Source of the DNA: Bauldia litoralis
Lineage (GTDB): Bacteria > Pseudomonadota > Alphaproteobacteria > Rhizobiales > Kaistiaceae
Assembly (NCBI GenBank): GCA_945882315.1
Contig: CAMCWB010000001.1
Coordinates: 1,560 to 65,559 of the forward strand
Length of the DNA: 64,000 nt
Direction: 5' to 3'
Made by a program: the position numbers and the translations under genes. Of this stretch, positions 16,102 to 26,104 are shown piece after piece (positions within the stretch are counted from its first letter, which is position 1; each line of letters begins with the position of its first letter). The notes under the pieces are model-generated. The model saw only the letters and a list, made by a program, of their open reading frames with translations. It did no database searches and was not told the DNA's origin.

Positions 16102-17216
16102 TGTACGTCGCGGTCAAGGGCGGCGAAGCCGCGATCCGGAATGCTCACCGTCTCCTCGCCGAACGGCGGCGCGGCGACCGCTCGGTACCCTCGCTCACCA
16201 TCGCGCAGATCCTCGAGCAGCTGACGCTCGCCGTCGATCGCGTCATGACCGAGGGCTCGCTCTACGACCGGCGGCTGGCGGCGCTTGCCATCAAGCAGGC
16301 GCGCGGCGATCTCGTCGAGGCGATCTTCCTGCTTCGCGCTTACCGGACGACCCTGCCACGCTTCGGCAGCTCGGTGCCGCTCGATACCGGCGCCATGCTG
16401 ATCGAGCGGCGCATTTCGGCGACCTTCAAGGACCTGCCCGGCGGCCAATTGCTCGGCCCGACCTTCGATTATACGCACCGCCTCCTCGATCCCGACATGG
16501 AGGATGACGACGAGCCGGTCGATGCCGGTACGGTCGCGGTCGAGCGCGAGGCGGTCCCCCGCGTCACCGATCTGCTCGGCGGCGCCGGCCTGATCGAACC
16601 CGATGGTGTCCACGATCCCGAAATTCCGGTCGGCGACCTGACCCGCGAGCCGCTTTCCTTCCCCGCCGATCGCGATCTCCGCCTGCAGGCGCTGGCTCGC
16701 GGCGACGAGGGCTTCCTGCTGGCCCTCGGCTATTCGACCCAGCGCGGCTATGCCCGCAGCCATCCCTTCGCCGGCGAGATCCGCATGGGCGAAGTCGAGA
16801 TCGAGATCGAAATCGCCGAACTCGATTTCCCCGTGCCGCTCGGACGCATCACCGTCACCGAATGCCAGATGGTCAACCAGTTCAAGGGCAATGGCGACGC
16901 GCCGCCGCAATTCACGCGCGGCTACGGCCTCGTTTTCGGCCATGCCGAGCGGAAGGCGATGGCGATGGCGTTGTGCGACCGGGCGCTCCGGGCGCGCGAG
17001 CTTGGCGAGGAACTGACCGCGGCGGCGCAGGACGAGGAATTCGTTCTGTCGCATCTGGACAATGTCCAGGCGACCGGCTTCGTCGAGCATCTCAAGCTGC
17101 CGCATTATGTCGACTTCCAGGCCGAGCTCGATCTGCTCCGGCGCCTCCGCGCCGAGCATGAGGCGCGAAAGGCCGAAGACGCAGCGGCTGTCCAGATCCG
17201 CGAGGCCGCCGAATGA
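16101..17216 (+). CDS. phnI: C-P lyase core complex subunit PhnI
   Basis: ORF 16101..17216. MYVAVKGGEAAI start; the stop of phnH overlaps this start. Confidence 0.95.
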   Translation: MYVAVKGGEAAIRNAHRLLAERRRGDRSVPSLTIAQILEQLTLAVDRVMTEGSLYDRRLAALAIKQARGDLVEAIFLLRAYRTTLPRFGSSVPLDTGAMLIERRISATFKDLPGGQLLGPTFDYTHRLLDPDMEDDDEPVDAGTVAVEREAVPRVTDLLGGAGLIEPDGVHDPEIPVGDLTREPLSFPADRDLRLQALARGDEGFLLALGYSTQRGYARSHPFAGEIRMGEVEIEIEIAELDFPVPLGRITVTECQMVNQFKGNGDAPPQFTRGYGLVFGHAERKAMAMALCDRALRARELGEELTAAAQDEEFVLSHLDNVQATGFVEHLKLPHYVDFQAELDLLRRLRAEHEARKAEDAAAVQIREAAE

Positions 17217-18121
17217 CCATCCGCGACGAAAGCCCGGCCGCGGACGAGAAGCGCTCGCCCTATAACTTCGCCTATCTCGACGAGCAGACGAAACGCATGA
17301 TCCGCCGCGCCATCCTGAAGGCGGTGGCGATCCCCGGCTATCAGGTGCCCTTCGCCAGCCGCGAGATGCCGATGCCCTATGGCTGGGGCACCGGCGGCGT
17401 CCAGGTGACGGCGGCGATTATCGGCCCCGATGATGTCCTGAAGGTCATCGACCAGGGCGCCGACGACACCACCAACGCCGTCTCGATCCGTGGCTTCTTC
17501 GCCAAGACCGCCGGCGTCGCGACGACGACGCGGACCACCGAGGCGACGATCATCCAGACGCGCCACCGCATTCCCGAGGCGCCGCTGTCAGAAGACCAGA
17601 TCATCGTCTTCCAGGTGCCGATCCCGGAGCCGCTGCGGTTTCTCGAACCGCGCGAGACCGAGACCCGAACCATGCACGGCCTCGAGGAATACGGCCTCGT
17701 CCATGTGAAGCTTTACGAAGACATCGCCCGTCACGGCCATATCGCGACGACCTATGCCTATCCGGTCAAGGTCGAAGGCCGTTATGTCATGGACCCGTCG
17801 CCGATCCCGAAATTCGACAACCCCAAGATGGACAACTCGCCCGCCTTGCAGCTTTTCGGCGCCGGCCGCGAGAAGCGCATCTATGCGATTCCGCCATACA
17901 GCTCGGTGAAGAGCCTCGATTTCGAGGATCATCCCTTCGAGGTCCAGCGCTTCGAGGCGCCTTGCGCGCTCTGCGCCGCGACCGGCGTCTATCTCGACGA
18001 GGTCATCCTCGACGATCGCGGCGGCCGCATGTTCGTCTGCTCCGACACCGACAATTGCGAGCAGCGCCGCGAAGCCGGCCACACCGGCACGGCCGCCGGC
18101 ATCGGTGGAGAATCGCAATGA
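17213..18121 (+). CDS. phnJ: C-P lyase PhnJ (radical SAM-type alpha-D-ribose 1-methylphosphonate 5-phosphate C-P lyase)
   Basis: ORF 17213..18121. YNFAYLDEQTKRMIRRAILKAVAIPGYQVPF and a C-terminal Cys cluster (CALCAATG...VCSDTDNC). Confidence 0.95.
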   Translation: MTIRDESPAADEKRSPYNFAYLDEQTKRMIRRAILKAVAIPGYQVPFASREMPMPYGWGTGGVQVTAAIIGPDDVLKVIDQGADDTTNAVSIRGFFAKTAGVATTTRTTEATIIQTRHRIPEAPLSEDQIIVFQVPIPEPLRFLEPRETETRTMHGLEEYGLVHVKLYEDIARHGHIATTYAYPVKVEGRYVMDPSPIPKFDNPKMDNSPALQLFGAGREKRIYAIPPYSSVKSLDFEDHPFEVQRFEAPCALCAATGVYLDEVILDDRGGRMFVCSDTDNCEQRREAGHTGTAAGIGGESQ

Positions 18122-18573
18122 GCGTCATGATCCGCCAGGCTGCGGAAAGCGACCTCCCGGCGATCCTCAGGCTCTACGCGCAACCCGAGATCGACGACGG
18201 CGACATCCTGCCGGTCGAGGATGCGGCCAAGATCTTCCGCCGCTTCGCCGACTATCCCGATTATCACCTCTTCGTCGCCGAGCAGGATGGCGAGGTCGTC
18301 GGCTCCTATGCGCTCCTGATCATGGACAATATCGGCCATCTCGGCGCCCGCTCGGCGGTGGTGGAAGACGTCGTCGTCGATCCGAAGCGCCAGGGCGCCG
18401 GCATCGGCAAGACCATGATGCGCGCCGCGCTGACCGAGGCGGCCAAGAAGGGCTGCTACAAGCTGGCGCTCTCGTCGAACCAGAAGCGCGATCGGGCGCA
18501 TGCCTTCTACGAGTCGCTGGGCTTCGACCGCCACGGCTACAGTTTCCTCGTCACGCCGGAGGAGAAGGCATGA
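18118..18573 (+). CDS. GNAT-family N-acetyltransferase (PhnO-like position)
   Basis: Inside ORF 17962..18573. ATG 18118 overlaps the phnJ stop (ATGA). Acetyl-CoA motif is RQGAGIGKTMM. Confidence 0.75.
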   Translation: MSVMIRQAAESDLPAILRLYAQPEIDDGDILPVEDAAKIFRRFADYPDYHLFVAEQDGEVVGSYALLIMDNIGHLGARSAVVEDVVVDPKRQGAGIGKTMMRAALTEAAKKGCYKLALSSNQKRDRAHAFYESLGFDRHGYSFLVTPEEKA

Positions 18574-19343
18574 GCGCGCCGCTTCTCACCGCCGAAGGCC
18601 TGACCAGGCTCTATGGCACGCGGATCGGCTGCGCCGCCGTCGATCTGCAGATATGGCCGGGCGAAGTGCTGGCGATCGTCGGCGAATCCGGCTCCGGCAA
18701 GACGACGCTGCTCAACTGCCTCTCGGCGCGTCTGCAGCCGAGCGCCGGTCGCATCCTCTATGCGATGCGCGACGGCGTCACGCGCGAGCTCTTCGCGATG
18801 AGCGAGGCCGAGCGCCGCTTCCTCATGCGCACCGATTGGGGTTTCGTCCACCAGAACCCGGCCGACGGGCTGCGCATGTCGGTCTCGGCCGGCGCCAATG
18901 TCGGCGAGCGGCTGATGGCGGTCGGCGAGCGCCATTACGGCCGCATCCGCCAGACGGCCGAAGGCTGGCTGGAGCGCGTCGAGATCGACATCGACCGCAT
19001 CGACGACGATCCGCGCAGTTTTTCCGGCGGCATGCGCCAGCGCCTCCAGATCGCTCGCAACCTCGTCACCGCGCCCCGCCTCGTCTTCATGGACGAGCCG
19101 ACCGGCGGCCTCGACGTCTCGGTGCAGGCAAGGCTTCTCGACCTTCTCCGCGGCCTCGTCGCCGATCTCGGCATGGCGGCGGTCATCGTCACGCATGATC
19201 TGGCCGTTGCCCGGCTCCTCTCCGACCGGATGATGGTGATGAAATCCGGCGAGGTCATCGAGGAGGGCCTCACCGACCGCGTCCTCGACGATCCGCGCGA
19301 GCCCTATACCCAGCTTCTCGTCTCCTCGATCCTGCAGGTATAA
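18570..19343 (+). CDS. phnK: Phosphonate C-P lyase system ATPase PhnK
   Basis: Inside ORF 18105..19343; the real start is ATG 18570 (ATGA overlap with the GNAT stop). Walker A is GESGSGKTT and the ABC signature is FSGGMRQR. Confidence 0.9.
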   Translation: MSAPLLTAEGLTRLYGTRIGCAAVDLQIWPGEVLAIVGESGSGKTTLLNCLSARLQPSAGRILYAMRDGVTRELFAMSEAERRFLMRTDWGFVHQNPADGLRMSVSAGANVGERLMAVGERHYGRIRQTAEGWLERVEIDIDRIDDDPRSFSGGMRQRLQIARNLVTAPRLVFMDEPTGGLDVSVQARLLDLLRGLVADLGMAAVIVTHDLAVARLLSDRMMVMKSGEVIEEGLTDRVLDDPREPYTQLLVSSILQV

Positions 19344-19348
19344 GCGCC

Positions 19349-20050
19349 ATGCCGCCGAGACTTGAATTTCGCGACGTCGCCAAGAGCTTCACCATGCATC
19401 TGCGCGGCGGCCTACGCCTGCCGGTCGTCGCCAATGTCAGTTTCCACGTGGCGCCGGGCGAATGCGTCGTCCTCGGAGGCCCTTCCGGCGCCGGCAAGAG
19501 TTCGATCCTAAAAATGGTCTTCGGCAATTACGCCGTCGACAGCGGCGCCGTCCTCGTCGCCAACGACAATGCCCTGATCGACATCGCCACCGCATCGCCG
19601 CGCGAGATCCTCGCTGCGCGCCGCACCACGATCGGCTATGTCAGCCAGTTCCTGCGTGTCGTGCCGCGCGTCGCCGCGGTCGACGTCGTCGCCGAGCCGC
19701 TGATCGCCGCCGGCTGCGAACGCGGCGAAGCACTGGAGCGAGCCAGGACCTTTCTCCGCCGCCTGAACCTGCCGGAGCGGCTCTGGGACCTGCCGCCGGC
19801 GACCTTTTCGGGCGGCGAGCAGCAGCGCGTCAACGTCGCCCGCGGCTTCATCACCGGCCGGCCGCTGCTTCTCCTCGACGAACCGACCGCCTCCCTCGAT
19901 GCCGAGAACCGCGCGGTCGTCGTCGAACTGGTCGGCGAGGCGAAGGCCGCCGGCACCAGCTTCCTCGGCATTTTTCATGACGAGCAGGTCCGCGAGGCGG
20001 TGGCCGACCGGATCATCGACGTCACCGGCTTTGCGACCGCCGCCCCATGA
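19349..20050 (+). CDS. phnL: Phosphonate C-P lyase system ATPase PhnL
   Basis: ORF 19349..20050. Walker A is GPSGAGKSS and the signature is FSGGEQQR. Confidence 0.9.
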   Translation: MPPRLEFRDVAKSFTMHLRGGLRLPVVANVSFHVAPGECVVLGGPSGAGKSSILKMVFGNYAVDSGAVLVANDNALIDIATASPREILAARRTTIGYVSQFLRVVPRVAAVDVVAEPLIAAGCERGEALERARTFLRRLNLPERLWDLPPATFSGGEQQRVNVARGFITGRPLLLLDEPTASLDAENRAVVVELVGEAKAAGTSFLGIFHDEQVREAVADRIIDVTGFATAAP

Positions 20051-20679
20051 CCCGCCTCGGACCGCAACCGCTCGTCTCGCCGAGCGCGCTGGTCGAGGAA
20101 AGCACCCTCGGCGCCTATGTCGAAATCGGCGAGCGCACCCGCATCAGCCATTCGCGCTTCGGCGACTACAGCTACATGATGGAGGACGGCCAGGTCCTCT
20201 TCTCGACGGTCGGCAAATTCTGCTCGATCGCCTCGAATGTCCGCATCAACCCGCCCAACCATCCGATGTGGCGGGCAAGCCAGCATCATTTCACCTATCG
20301 CGCCGCCGATTATTTCGAGGGCGCCGATTTCGACGAGAGCGTCTTCGCCTGGCGCCGCGAGCATGCGGTGACGATCGGCAACGATGTCTGGATCGGCCAC
20401 GGCGCCACCATCATGGCCGGCAATTCGGTCGGCGACGGCGCCGTCGTCGCGGCCGGTGCGGTGGTCACCAAGCCGGTCGCCGCCTATGCGATCGTCGCCG
20501 GCGTGCCTGCCCGCAAGGTCAAGGATCGTTTCGCCCCGCAAATCGCCGAAAGACTGGCCCGACTTGCCTGGTGGAACTGGCCGCATGACGAAATCCACAG
20601 GGCACTCGCCGATTTCCGGCAAATGGCGATCGCGGACTTTCTCGAAAAATACGAGCGCGAAGAACGCGCTGGCGCTTAG
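20047..20679 (+). CDS. Hexapeptide-repeat (LbH) transferase associated with phosphonate operons
   Basis: ORF 20047..20679 with ATGA overlap to phnL. Hexapeptide repeats: IGNDVWIGHGATIMAGNSVGDGAVVAAGAVV. XAT-like fold family. Confidence 0.8.
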   Translation: MTRLGPQPLVSPSALVEESTLGAYVEIGERTRISHSRFGDYSYMMEDGQVLFSTVGKFCSIASNVRINPPNHPMWRASQHHFTYRAADYFEGADFDESVFAWRREHAVTIGNDVWIGHGATIMAGNSVGDGAVVAAGAVVTKPVAAYAIVAGVPARKVKDRFAPQIAERLARLAWWNWPHDEIHRALADFRQMAIADFLEKYEREERAGA

Positions 20680-20803
20680 GCGGCGTAGCACGCGGCAGGC
20701 TTTATCCTCTGTCGCGCGACTGTCATCAAACTGAAGACGAAACGACAGACTGCCCGGCTAGTCATGGTTATCGAACCTTGGTCCAGCCAACGGGTGATGC
20801 TGC

Positions 20804-21646
20804 GTGCCTGCTTTATCGGTGACGAAACTTTCCAAAAGCTTCGGCCAGAAGAAGGCCCTGCGCGAGATCGATCTCACCGTCGAGCGCGGTGAGATGGTGG
20901 CGCTGATCGGCGCCTCCGGCTCGGGCAAGTCGACGCTCATCCGTCATATCGCCGGCCTCGAGCGCGGCGACCGCAGCTCGGACGGCATCGATATCTTCGG
21001 CCAGTGCATGCAGAAGGCTGGCAAGCTCACAAGCGACGCGCGCATGATCCGTCGCGATGTCGGCGTGATCTTCCAGCAGTTCAATCTCGTCAACCGCCTG
21101 CCGCTCCTCACTAATGTCCTGATCGGCTGCCTCGGCCGCGTGCCGGGCTGGCGCGGCACGCTCGGCTTCTTCAGCCGCGTCGAGCAGTTGCGGGCCATGC
21201 AGGCGATCGACCGGGTCGGCATCGCATCAGCGGCCCGCCAGCGCGCCTCGACGCTGTCGGGCGGCCAGCAGCAGCGCGCCGCGATTGCCCGTGCGCTTGT
21301 CCAGGGCGCCAAGCTTCTCCTCGCCGACGAGCCGATCGCTTCGCTCGATCCGGCCTCCGCCAAGCGCGTCATGGAGGCGCTGTCCGACATCAACCGCCGC
21401 GACGGGATCACCATCGTGGTGTCGCTGCATCAGGTCGAATATGCCCGCCGCTACTGCCCGCGCACGATCGCGCTCCGCGACGGCACGATCGCCTATGACG
21501 GCCCGTCGACGGCGCTGACCAACGACTTCCTGCGTTCGCTCTACGGCGAAGCTTCGGAGGAACTGATCCTCCCCGATGCAACGCTGCATGAAGAACCCGC
21601 CCTGCGTTCCTGGTCCGTCGGCCGGCCTGCATTGGCTGCGGTCTGA
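20804..21646 (+). CDS. phnC: Phosphonate ABC transporter ATP-binding protein PhnC
   Basis: ORF 20804..21646 (GTG start). Walker A is GASGSGKST and the signature is LSGGQQQR. Confidence 0.9.
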   Translation: MPALSVTKLSKSFGQKKALREIDLTVERGEMVALIGASGSGKSTLIRHIAGLERGDRSSDGIDIFGQCMQKAGKLTSDARMIRRDVGVIFQQFNLVNRLPLLTNVLIGCLGRVPGWRGTLGFFSRVEQLRAMQAIDRVGIASAARQRASTLSGGQQQRAAIARALVQGAKLLLADEPIASLDPASAKRVMEALSDINRRDGITIVVSLHQVEYARRYCPRTIALRDGTIAYDGPSTALTNDFLRSLYGEASEELILPDATLHEEPALRSWSVGRPALAAV

Positions 21647-21684
21647 TTGCTCCGCCTTACCCGATCCCAACAAGGAGACTAGCG

Positions 21685-22683
21685 ATGAACATGCTGCTGA
21701 AAGGCCTCGCCGCGACGGCGATCGCCGCGACGCTCGCGACGCCGGTGCTCGCCGAGACGACCGAAATCAATTTCGGCATCATCTCGACCGAGTCCCAGTC
21801 GAACCTGAAAACCATCTGGGACCCCTTCCTCGCCGACATGGGCAAGAAGACCGGCCTCAAGATCAACGCCTTCTTCGCCTCGGATTATGCCGGCGTCATC
21901 GAAGGCATGCGCTTCGGCAAGGTGCAGATCGCCTGGGTCGGCAACAAGGCCGGCATGGAAGCCGTCGACCGCGCCAATGCGGAAGTCTTCGCGCAGTCGG
22001 TCGCCGTCGGCGGCGAGCCCGGCTATTGGGGCCTGCTGCTGGCTCCGGCCGATAGCGCCCTGACCTCGGCCGAAGACGTCCTGAAATGCGACAAGTCGCT
22101 GAATTTCGGCCTCGGCGACCCGAACTCGACCTCGGGCTATCTCGTCCCGATGACCTTCCTCTTTGCCCAGAACGGCAAGGATCCGAAGGAGTGCTTCAAG
22201 ACGGTAACCAACGCCAATCACGAGACCAATGCGATGGCGGTCGTCAACAAGCATGTCGATGTCGCGACCAACAACACCGAGAACATGATGCGGCTCACCA
22301 AGACCAACCCGGAAGCCGCCGCCAAGATCAAAGTGATCTGGAAGTCGCCGCTGATCCCGTCCGACCCGATCGTCTGGAACAAGGAACTCGACCAGCCGAC
22401 CAAGGACAAGCTCGTCGCCTTCTTCATGGGCTATGGCCGCCAGGGCACGCCCGAGCAGGTCGAAGCCGAGCGCGGCGTCCTGAGCGGCCTGCAGTGGGCC
22501 CCCTTCCGCCCCTCGTCGGATGCGCAGCTCTATCCGATCCGCATCATGGAAATCACCAAGGCCATGTTCACGCTCAAGGGCGACGACAAGATTTCGGCCG
22601 AGGAGAAGACCGCCAAGCTGAAGGAGCTCGAGGCCGAGAAGGCCAAGTATGACGCGCTCCTCGTCAAGGTCCCGCAGGCCTAA
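21685..22683 (+). CDS. phnD: Phosphonate ABC transporter periplasmic binding protein PhnD
   Basis: ORF 21685..22683 with AAGGAG upstream. Signal peptide is MNMLLKGLAATAIAATLATPVLA. Also has the FGIISTESQ motif. Confidence 0.9.
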   Translation: MNMLLKGLAATAIAATLATPVLAETTEINFGIISTESQSNLKTIWDPFLADMGKKTGLKINAFFASDYAGVIEGMRFGKVQIAWVGNKAGMEAVDRANAEVFAQSVAVGGEPGYWGLLLAPADSALTSAEDVLKCDKSLNFGLGDPNSTSGYLVPMTFLFAQNGKDPKECFKTVTNANHETNAMAVVNKHVDVATNNTENMMRLTKTNPEAAAKIKVIWKSPLIPSDPIVWNKELDQPTKDKLVAFFMGYGRQGTPEQVEAERGVLSGLQWAPFRPSSDAQLYPIRIMEITKAMFTLKGDDKISAEEKTAKLKELEAEKAKYDALLVKVPQA

Positions 22684-22701
22684 GCCGCAGCAGCAGAAAG
22701 A

Positions 22702-23553
22702 GTGGCGGCGTCCATCCAGGCGCCGCCGCCTCCTTGCACCATGCATCAGACAGCCAACCCGCCGGCGCCAAGCGTCGCCATTCCTCCGCGCGATTGGAGG
22801 CAGTCTGCCTTCCGCTATCTCGTCTGGGGCGTCCTGGTGGCGGTGCTCGCCTGGGGCTTCGGGCCGGCGGAGATTTTTCGCGCCGTCAATCTCATCACCG
22901 ACGCCGACAATATGGCGGAATATGCCAGCGGCTTCCTGAGCCCCAATTTCCGCGACCTCGACTATTACCTCTCCGAGATCGTCCTGACGGTTCAGATCGC
23001 TGCCTGGGGCACCGCCCTTGCCGTGATCGCCGCCGTCCCCTTCGGCATATTGAGCTCGAACAATATCGCACCCTGGTGGGTCTACCAGCCGGTGCGCCGC
23101 CTGATGGATGCCTTCCGCGCCATCAACGAGCTGGTCTTCGCCGTGCTCTTCGTCGTTGCCGTCGGTCTCGGGCCGTTCGCCGGCGTCATGGCGCTGTTCA
23201 TCCACACGACCGGCATCCTCGCCAAGCTGTTTTCCGAGGCGGTCGAGGCGATCGATCCCCGTCCGGTCGAGGGAATCCGGGCCACCGGCGCCTCCAAGTT
23301 GCAGGAAGTCGTCTATGGGGTTATCCCCCAGGTCCTGCCGCTGTGGATCTCGTTTTCGCTGTACCGGTTCGAATCGAATGTACGCTCCGCGACGGTGCTG
23401 GGGCTTGTCGGCGCCGGCGGGATCGGGCAGGTGCTCTTTGAATCGATCCGCGGCTTCTACTATGCGGAAACCGCGGCTCTCCTGATCGTCATCGTCCTGA
23501 CCGTGACGGTTGTCGATCTCATATCGCAGCAATTGCGGAAATTGGTCATCTAG
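22702..23553 (+). CDS. phnE: Phosphonate ABC transporter permease PhnE
   Basis: ORF 22702..23553. Start is uncertain (GTG 22702 or ATG 22741). Multi-TM protein with an EAA-like loop ([17 protein letters not shown]). Confidence 0.85.
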   Translation: MAASIQAPPPPCTMHQTANPPAPSVAIPPRDWRQSAFRYLVWGVLVAVLAWGFGPAEIFRAVNLITDADNMAEYASGFLSPNFRDLDYYLSEIVLTVQIAAWGTALAVIAAVPFGILSSNNIAPWWVYQPVRRLMDAFRAINELVFAVLFVVAVGLGPFAGVMALFIHTTGILAKLFSEAVEAIDPRPVEGIRATGASKLQEVVYGVIPQVLPLWISFSLYRFESNVRSATVLGLVGAGGIGQVLFESIRGFYYAETAALLIVIVLTVTVVDLISQQLRKLVI

Positions 23554-23557
23554 CATC

Positions 23558-24271
23558 ATGCGCTTCGCTATTTTCTTTACGCCGCCACCGGAGCATCCGC
23601 TGTCGAAAGCGGCAGCGCTTTGGCTCGGCCGCGATGCCTTTTCGGGTGAGGAATTCGCCCAGATCGGCGGCGAGGGCTTCACCGACAGGGATATCCGCGA
23701 GCTGACGGCGGCGCCGCGGCGCTACGGTTTCCACGCCACCTTGCACGCGCCGTTCCTGTTGTCCGAAGGGGCAACCGGCGAAGACGTCGACGCGGCGTTC
23801 CGAACGGCATGCCGCGAGCTGCAACCGGTGCCGCTCTGGCGCCTCGGCGTCGAGCGGATCGGTTCGTTTTTCGCCCTGACGCCGACCGCATCGTCCTCCG
23901 AGCCGGTGAGCGCGCTCGCCGCCGATCTCGTCCGCCGCTTCGACCGACTGCGCGCCCCGCCGAGCGCCGCGGAGATCGAACGGCGGAACCCGGAGAAGCT
24001 TTCGCCGGGCCAGCGCCGCAATCTGGAACGCTGGGGCTATCCCTATGTGTTCGACGATTTCCGCTTCCACATGACCTTGACCGGACCGGTGCCGGAGGAG
24101 AGCCGCCCCGCCATGCAGCGCCTCCTCGAAACGCGCTTCCGCCCGCTCATCGAGCAGCCGGTCGCCATCGATGCTCTTTCCCTTTTCGTCGAGGCGACAC
24201 CGCCGGGCGATTTCCTCGTGAAAAGGCGGTCGCCTCTGGCGACCGTTCCCCAGCCGGTAGACGCCGCATGA
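23558..24271 (+). CDS. DUF1045 putative phosphonate metabolism protein (2H phosphoesterase-like)
   Basis: Inside ORF 23510..24271, starting at ATG 23558 (MRFAIFFTPP). Contains HATL and HMTL, a pair of H-x-T/S-x motifs. Confidence 0.75.
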   Translation: MRFAIFFTPPPEHPLSKAAALWLGRDAFSGEEFAQIGGEGFTDRDIRELTAAPRRYGFHATLHAPFLLSEGATGEDVDAAFRTACRELQPVPLWRLGVERIGSFFALTPTASSSEPVSALAADLVRRFDRLRAPPSAAEIERRNPEKLSPGQRRNLERWGYPYVFDDFRFHMTLTGPVPEESRPAMQRLLETRFRPLIEQPVAIDALSLFVEATPPGDFLVKRRSPLATVPQPVDAA

Positions 24272-25413
24272 CCGAAACCGTTTTCCGCAACGCCCGCATC
24301 GTCCAGCCCGATCGGATCGTCGAGGGCAATGTCGTGGTGCGCGACGGCGTCATCGACGAGATCGACGAGACCATCGTCCAGATGTCGGGCCCCGGCGTCG
24401 ACCTCGAAGGCGACTGGCTCATTCCCGGCCTGGTCGAGCTCCACACCGATCATCTCGAAGGCCATTACTCGCCGCGCCCGAAGGTTCGCTGGAATCCGGT
24501 CGCAGCGGTGCAGGCGCATGACGCCCAGATCGCCGCCTCGGGCATCACCACGGTCTTCGATGCGCTGCGCATCGGCATGGACGAGGACACCAGGCTCGTC
24601 GCCAACGACATGCAGGTGCTCGGCGCCGCCATCGCCGAGAGCCGGGCCGCCGGCCGCCTGCGCGCCGACCATTACATCCACCTCCGCTGCGAGGTCAGCG
24701 CCAGCGATGCGATCGAGAGCTTCGAGCATTTCCTCGATGAGCCGCTGGTCCGGCTGGCGTCGCTGATGGACCACACGCCCGGCCAGCGCCAGTTCACCTC
24801 GCTTGACGCCTACAAGACCTATTATCTCGGCAAGAGCGGCATGACCGAAGCCGAGCTGCTGGTCGTGATGGAAAAGCGCATCGCGCATGCCGAGATCTAT
24901 TCGGCAAAGCAGCGCCAGTTGCTGGCCGCGAAGTGCCGCGAGCGCGGCATCGTGCTCGCCAGCCACGATGATGCGACCATCGAGCATGTCGCCGAGGCGG
25001 CCGGGATCGGCGTGCTGGTCGCCGAATTCCCGACGACGATGGAAGCGGCGCGGGCCTCGCGGGACGCCGGCATGAAAATCCTGATGGGCGCCCCCAACAT
25101 CGTCCGCGGCGGCTCCCATTCCGGCAATGTCGCCGCCAGGAGTCTCGTCGAGGCAGGCCTGCTCGACGTTCTTTCCTCCGATTACCTGCCCTTCAGCCTG
25201 CTGCACGCGACCTTCAGGATCGCCAATGAGGTCGAGGGCATCGACCTGCCGCAGGCGCTGGCCTTCGTCTCGCTCAATCCGGCGACGGCCGCCGGTATGG
25301 ACGATCGCGGCGCCATCCTCCCCGGCCGCCGCGCCGATCTCGTCCAGGTCAGGACCGACGGCGACGTGCCGCTGGTGCGCACGGTCTGGCGTCAGGGCCT
25401 GCGCGTCGTTTAG
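24268..25413 (+). CDS. phnM: Alpha-D-ribose 1-methylphosphonate 5-triphosphate diphosphatase PhnM
   Basis: Inside ORF 23809..25413; the real start is ATG 24268 (ATGA overlap with the upstream stop). Amidohydrolase motif is VELHTDHLE. Confidence 0.9.
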   Translation: MTETVFRNARIVQPDRIVEGNVVVRDGVIDEIDETIVQMSGPGVDLEGDWLIPGLVELHTDHLEGHYSPRPKVRWNPVAAVQAHDAQIAASGITTVFDALRIGMDEDTRLVANDMQVLGAAIAESRAAGRLRADHYIHLRCEVSASDAIESFEHFLDEPLVRLASLMDHTPGQRQFTSLDAYKTYYLGKSGMTEAELLVVMEKRIAHAEIYSAKQRQLLAAKCRERGIVLASHDDATIEHVAEAAGIGVLVAEFPTTMEAARASRDAGMKILMGAPNIVRGGSHSGNVAARSLVEAGLLDVLSSDYLPFSLLHATFRIANEVEGIDLPQALAFVSLNPATAAGMDDRGAILPGRRADLVQVRTDGDVPLVRTVWRQGLRVV

Positions 25414-25424
25414 GGTTCCGGACC

Positions 25425-25997
25425 GTGACATCCGAAGCGCCGGACAGGAAATCGGGAATGCTGGTTCTGGTCATCGGTCCGAGCGGTGTCGGCAAGGACA
25501 CGCTCATCGCCTATTGCCGCGCGCGTCTTGCCGGCAAGGCGACGATCGTCTTTCCGCGCCGAACCGTCACGCGTCCGGCCGGTGACGAGACGGAAGATCA
25601 CGACGCGGTTTCGGAGGAAGAGTTCCGGCAGCGGGATGCTGCCGGCGCTTTTGCGCTTCGCTGGCAGGCGCATGGCCTGTCCTATGGCGTTCCGGTGCAG
25701 ATCGATGACGATCTCGCGGCCGGGCGGACGGTGGTCGCCAATGTCTCGCGATCGATCATCGATGAGACGCGAGCGAAATATCCGAATCTCAGGATCGTGT
25801 GCGTGACCGCATCCCCCGAAATCCTGGCGCGCCGCCTTCAGGGCAGGGGCCGCGAAGGCGAGGCAGAGATCGCCAGGCGGCTGGAGCGGGCCAGGTCCGT
25901 TGCCGTCGAGGGACCGGATGTTGTCATTCTCGACAATTCCGGCGCGCCGGAAGAGGCGGGCGGCAGGCTTCTCGAGCTTGTCATGCGCGCCGGTTGA
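25425..25997 (+). CDS. phnN: Ribose 1,5-bisphosphate phosphokinase PhnN
   Basis: ORF 25425..25997. P-loop is GPSGVGKDT. Start is GTG 25425 or ATG 25458. Confidence 0.85.
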   Translation: MTSEAPDRKSGMLVLVIGPSGVGKDTLIAYCRARLAGKATIVFPRRTVTRPAGDETEDHDAVSEEEFRQRDAAGAFALRWQAHGLSYGVPVQIDDDLAAGRTVVANVSRSIIDETRAKYPNLRIVCVTASPEILARRLQGRGREGEAEIARRLERARSVAVEGPDVVILDNSGAPEEAGGRLLELVMRAG

Positions 25998-26104
25998 GCG
26001 CCGCCATCATTCCAAATTGCCTCAAATCCGCTGCCACAAGAAGGCGAAAGGATAAAAGGGTTCCTGATAGAGCGGGCTGTCCTTTCCTGATGTGAGGAGT
26101 GCCC

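Noticed and set aside
18105-19343. Long N-terminal extensions of phnK (18105), phnM (23809), the L,D-transpeptidase (27083), polA (50428), the M48 peptidase (53832), phaZ (55875), the ABC ATPase (57751), actR (59037) and mmcB (60391)
   Set aside because: The extensions overlap upstream genes or repeats and translate to Arg/Pro-rich nonsense. Internal starts with an RBS, or with ATGA coupling to the upstream stop, match conserved N-termini.
21679-23682. Very long antisense or off-frame ORFs. Examples: 21679..23682 (-), 13565..14884 (-), 15741..17159 (-), 24043..25431 (-), 38761..40719 (+), 42514..43758 (-), 45650..46816 (-), 47273..49282 (+), 50479..52851 (-), 54358..55710 (+), 60390..61565 (+), 19975..20691 (-)
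   Set aside because: These are typical high-GC shadow ORFs. They are Arg/Ala/Gly/Asp-rich low-complexity translations with no motifs, and each lies opposite a gene with clear family signatures.
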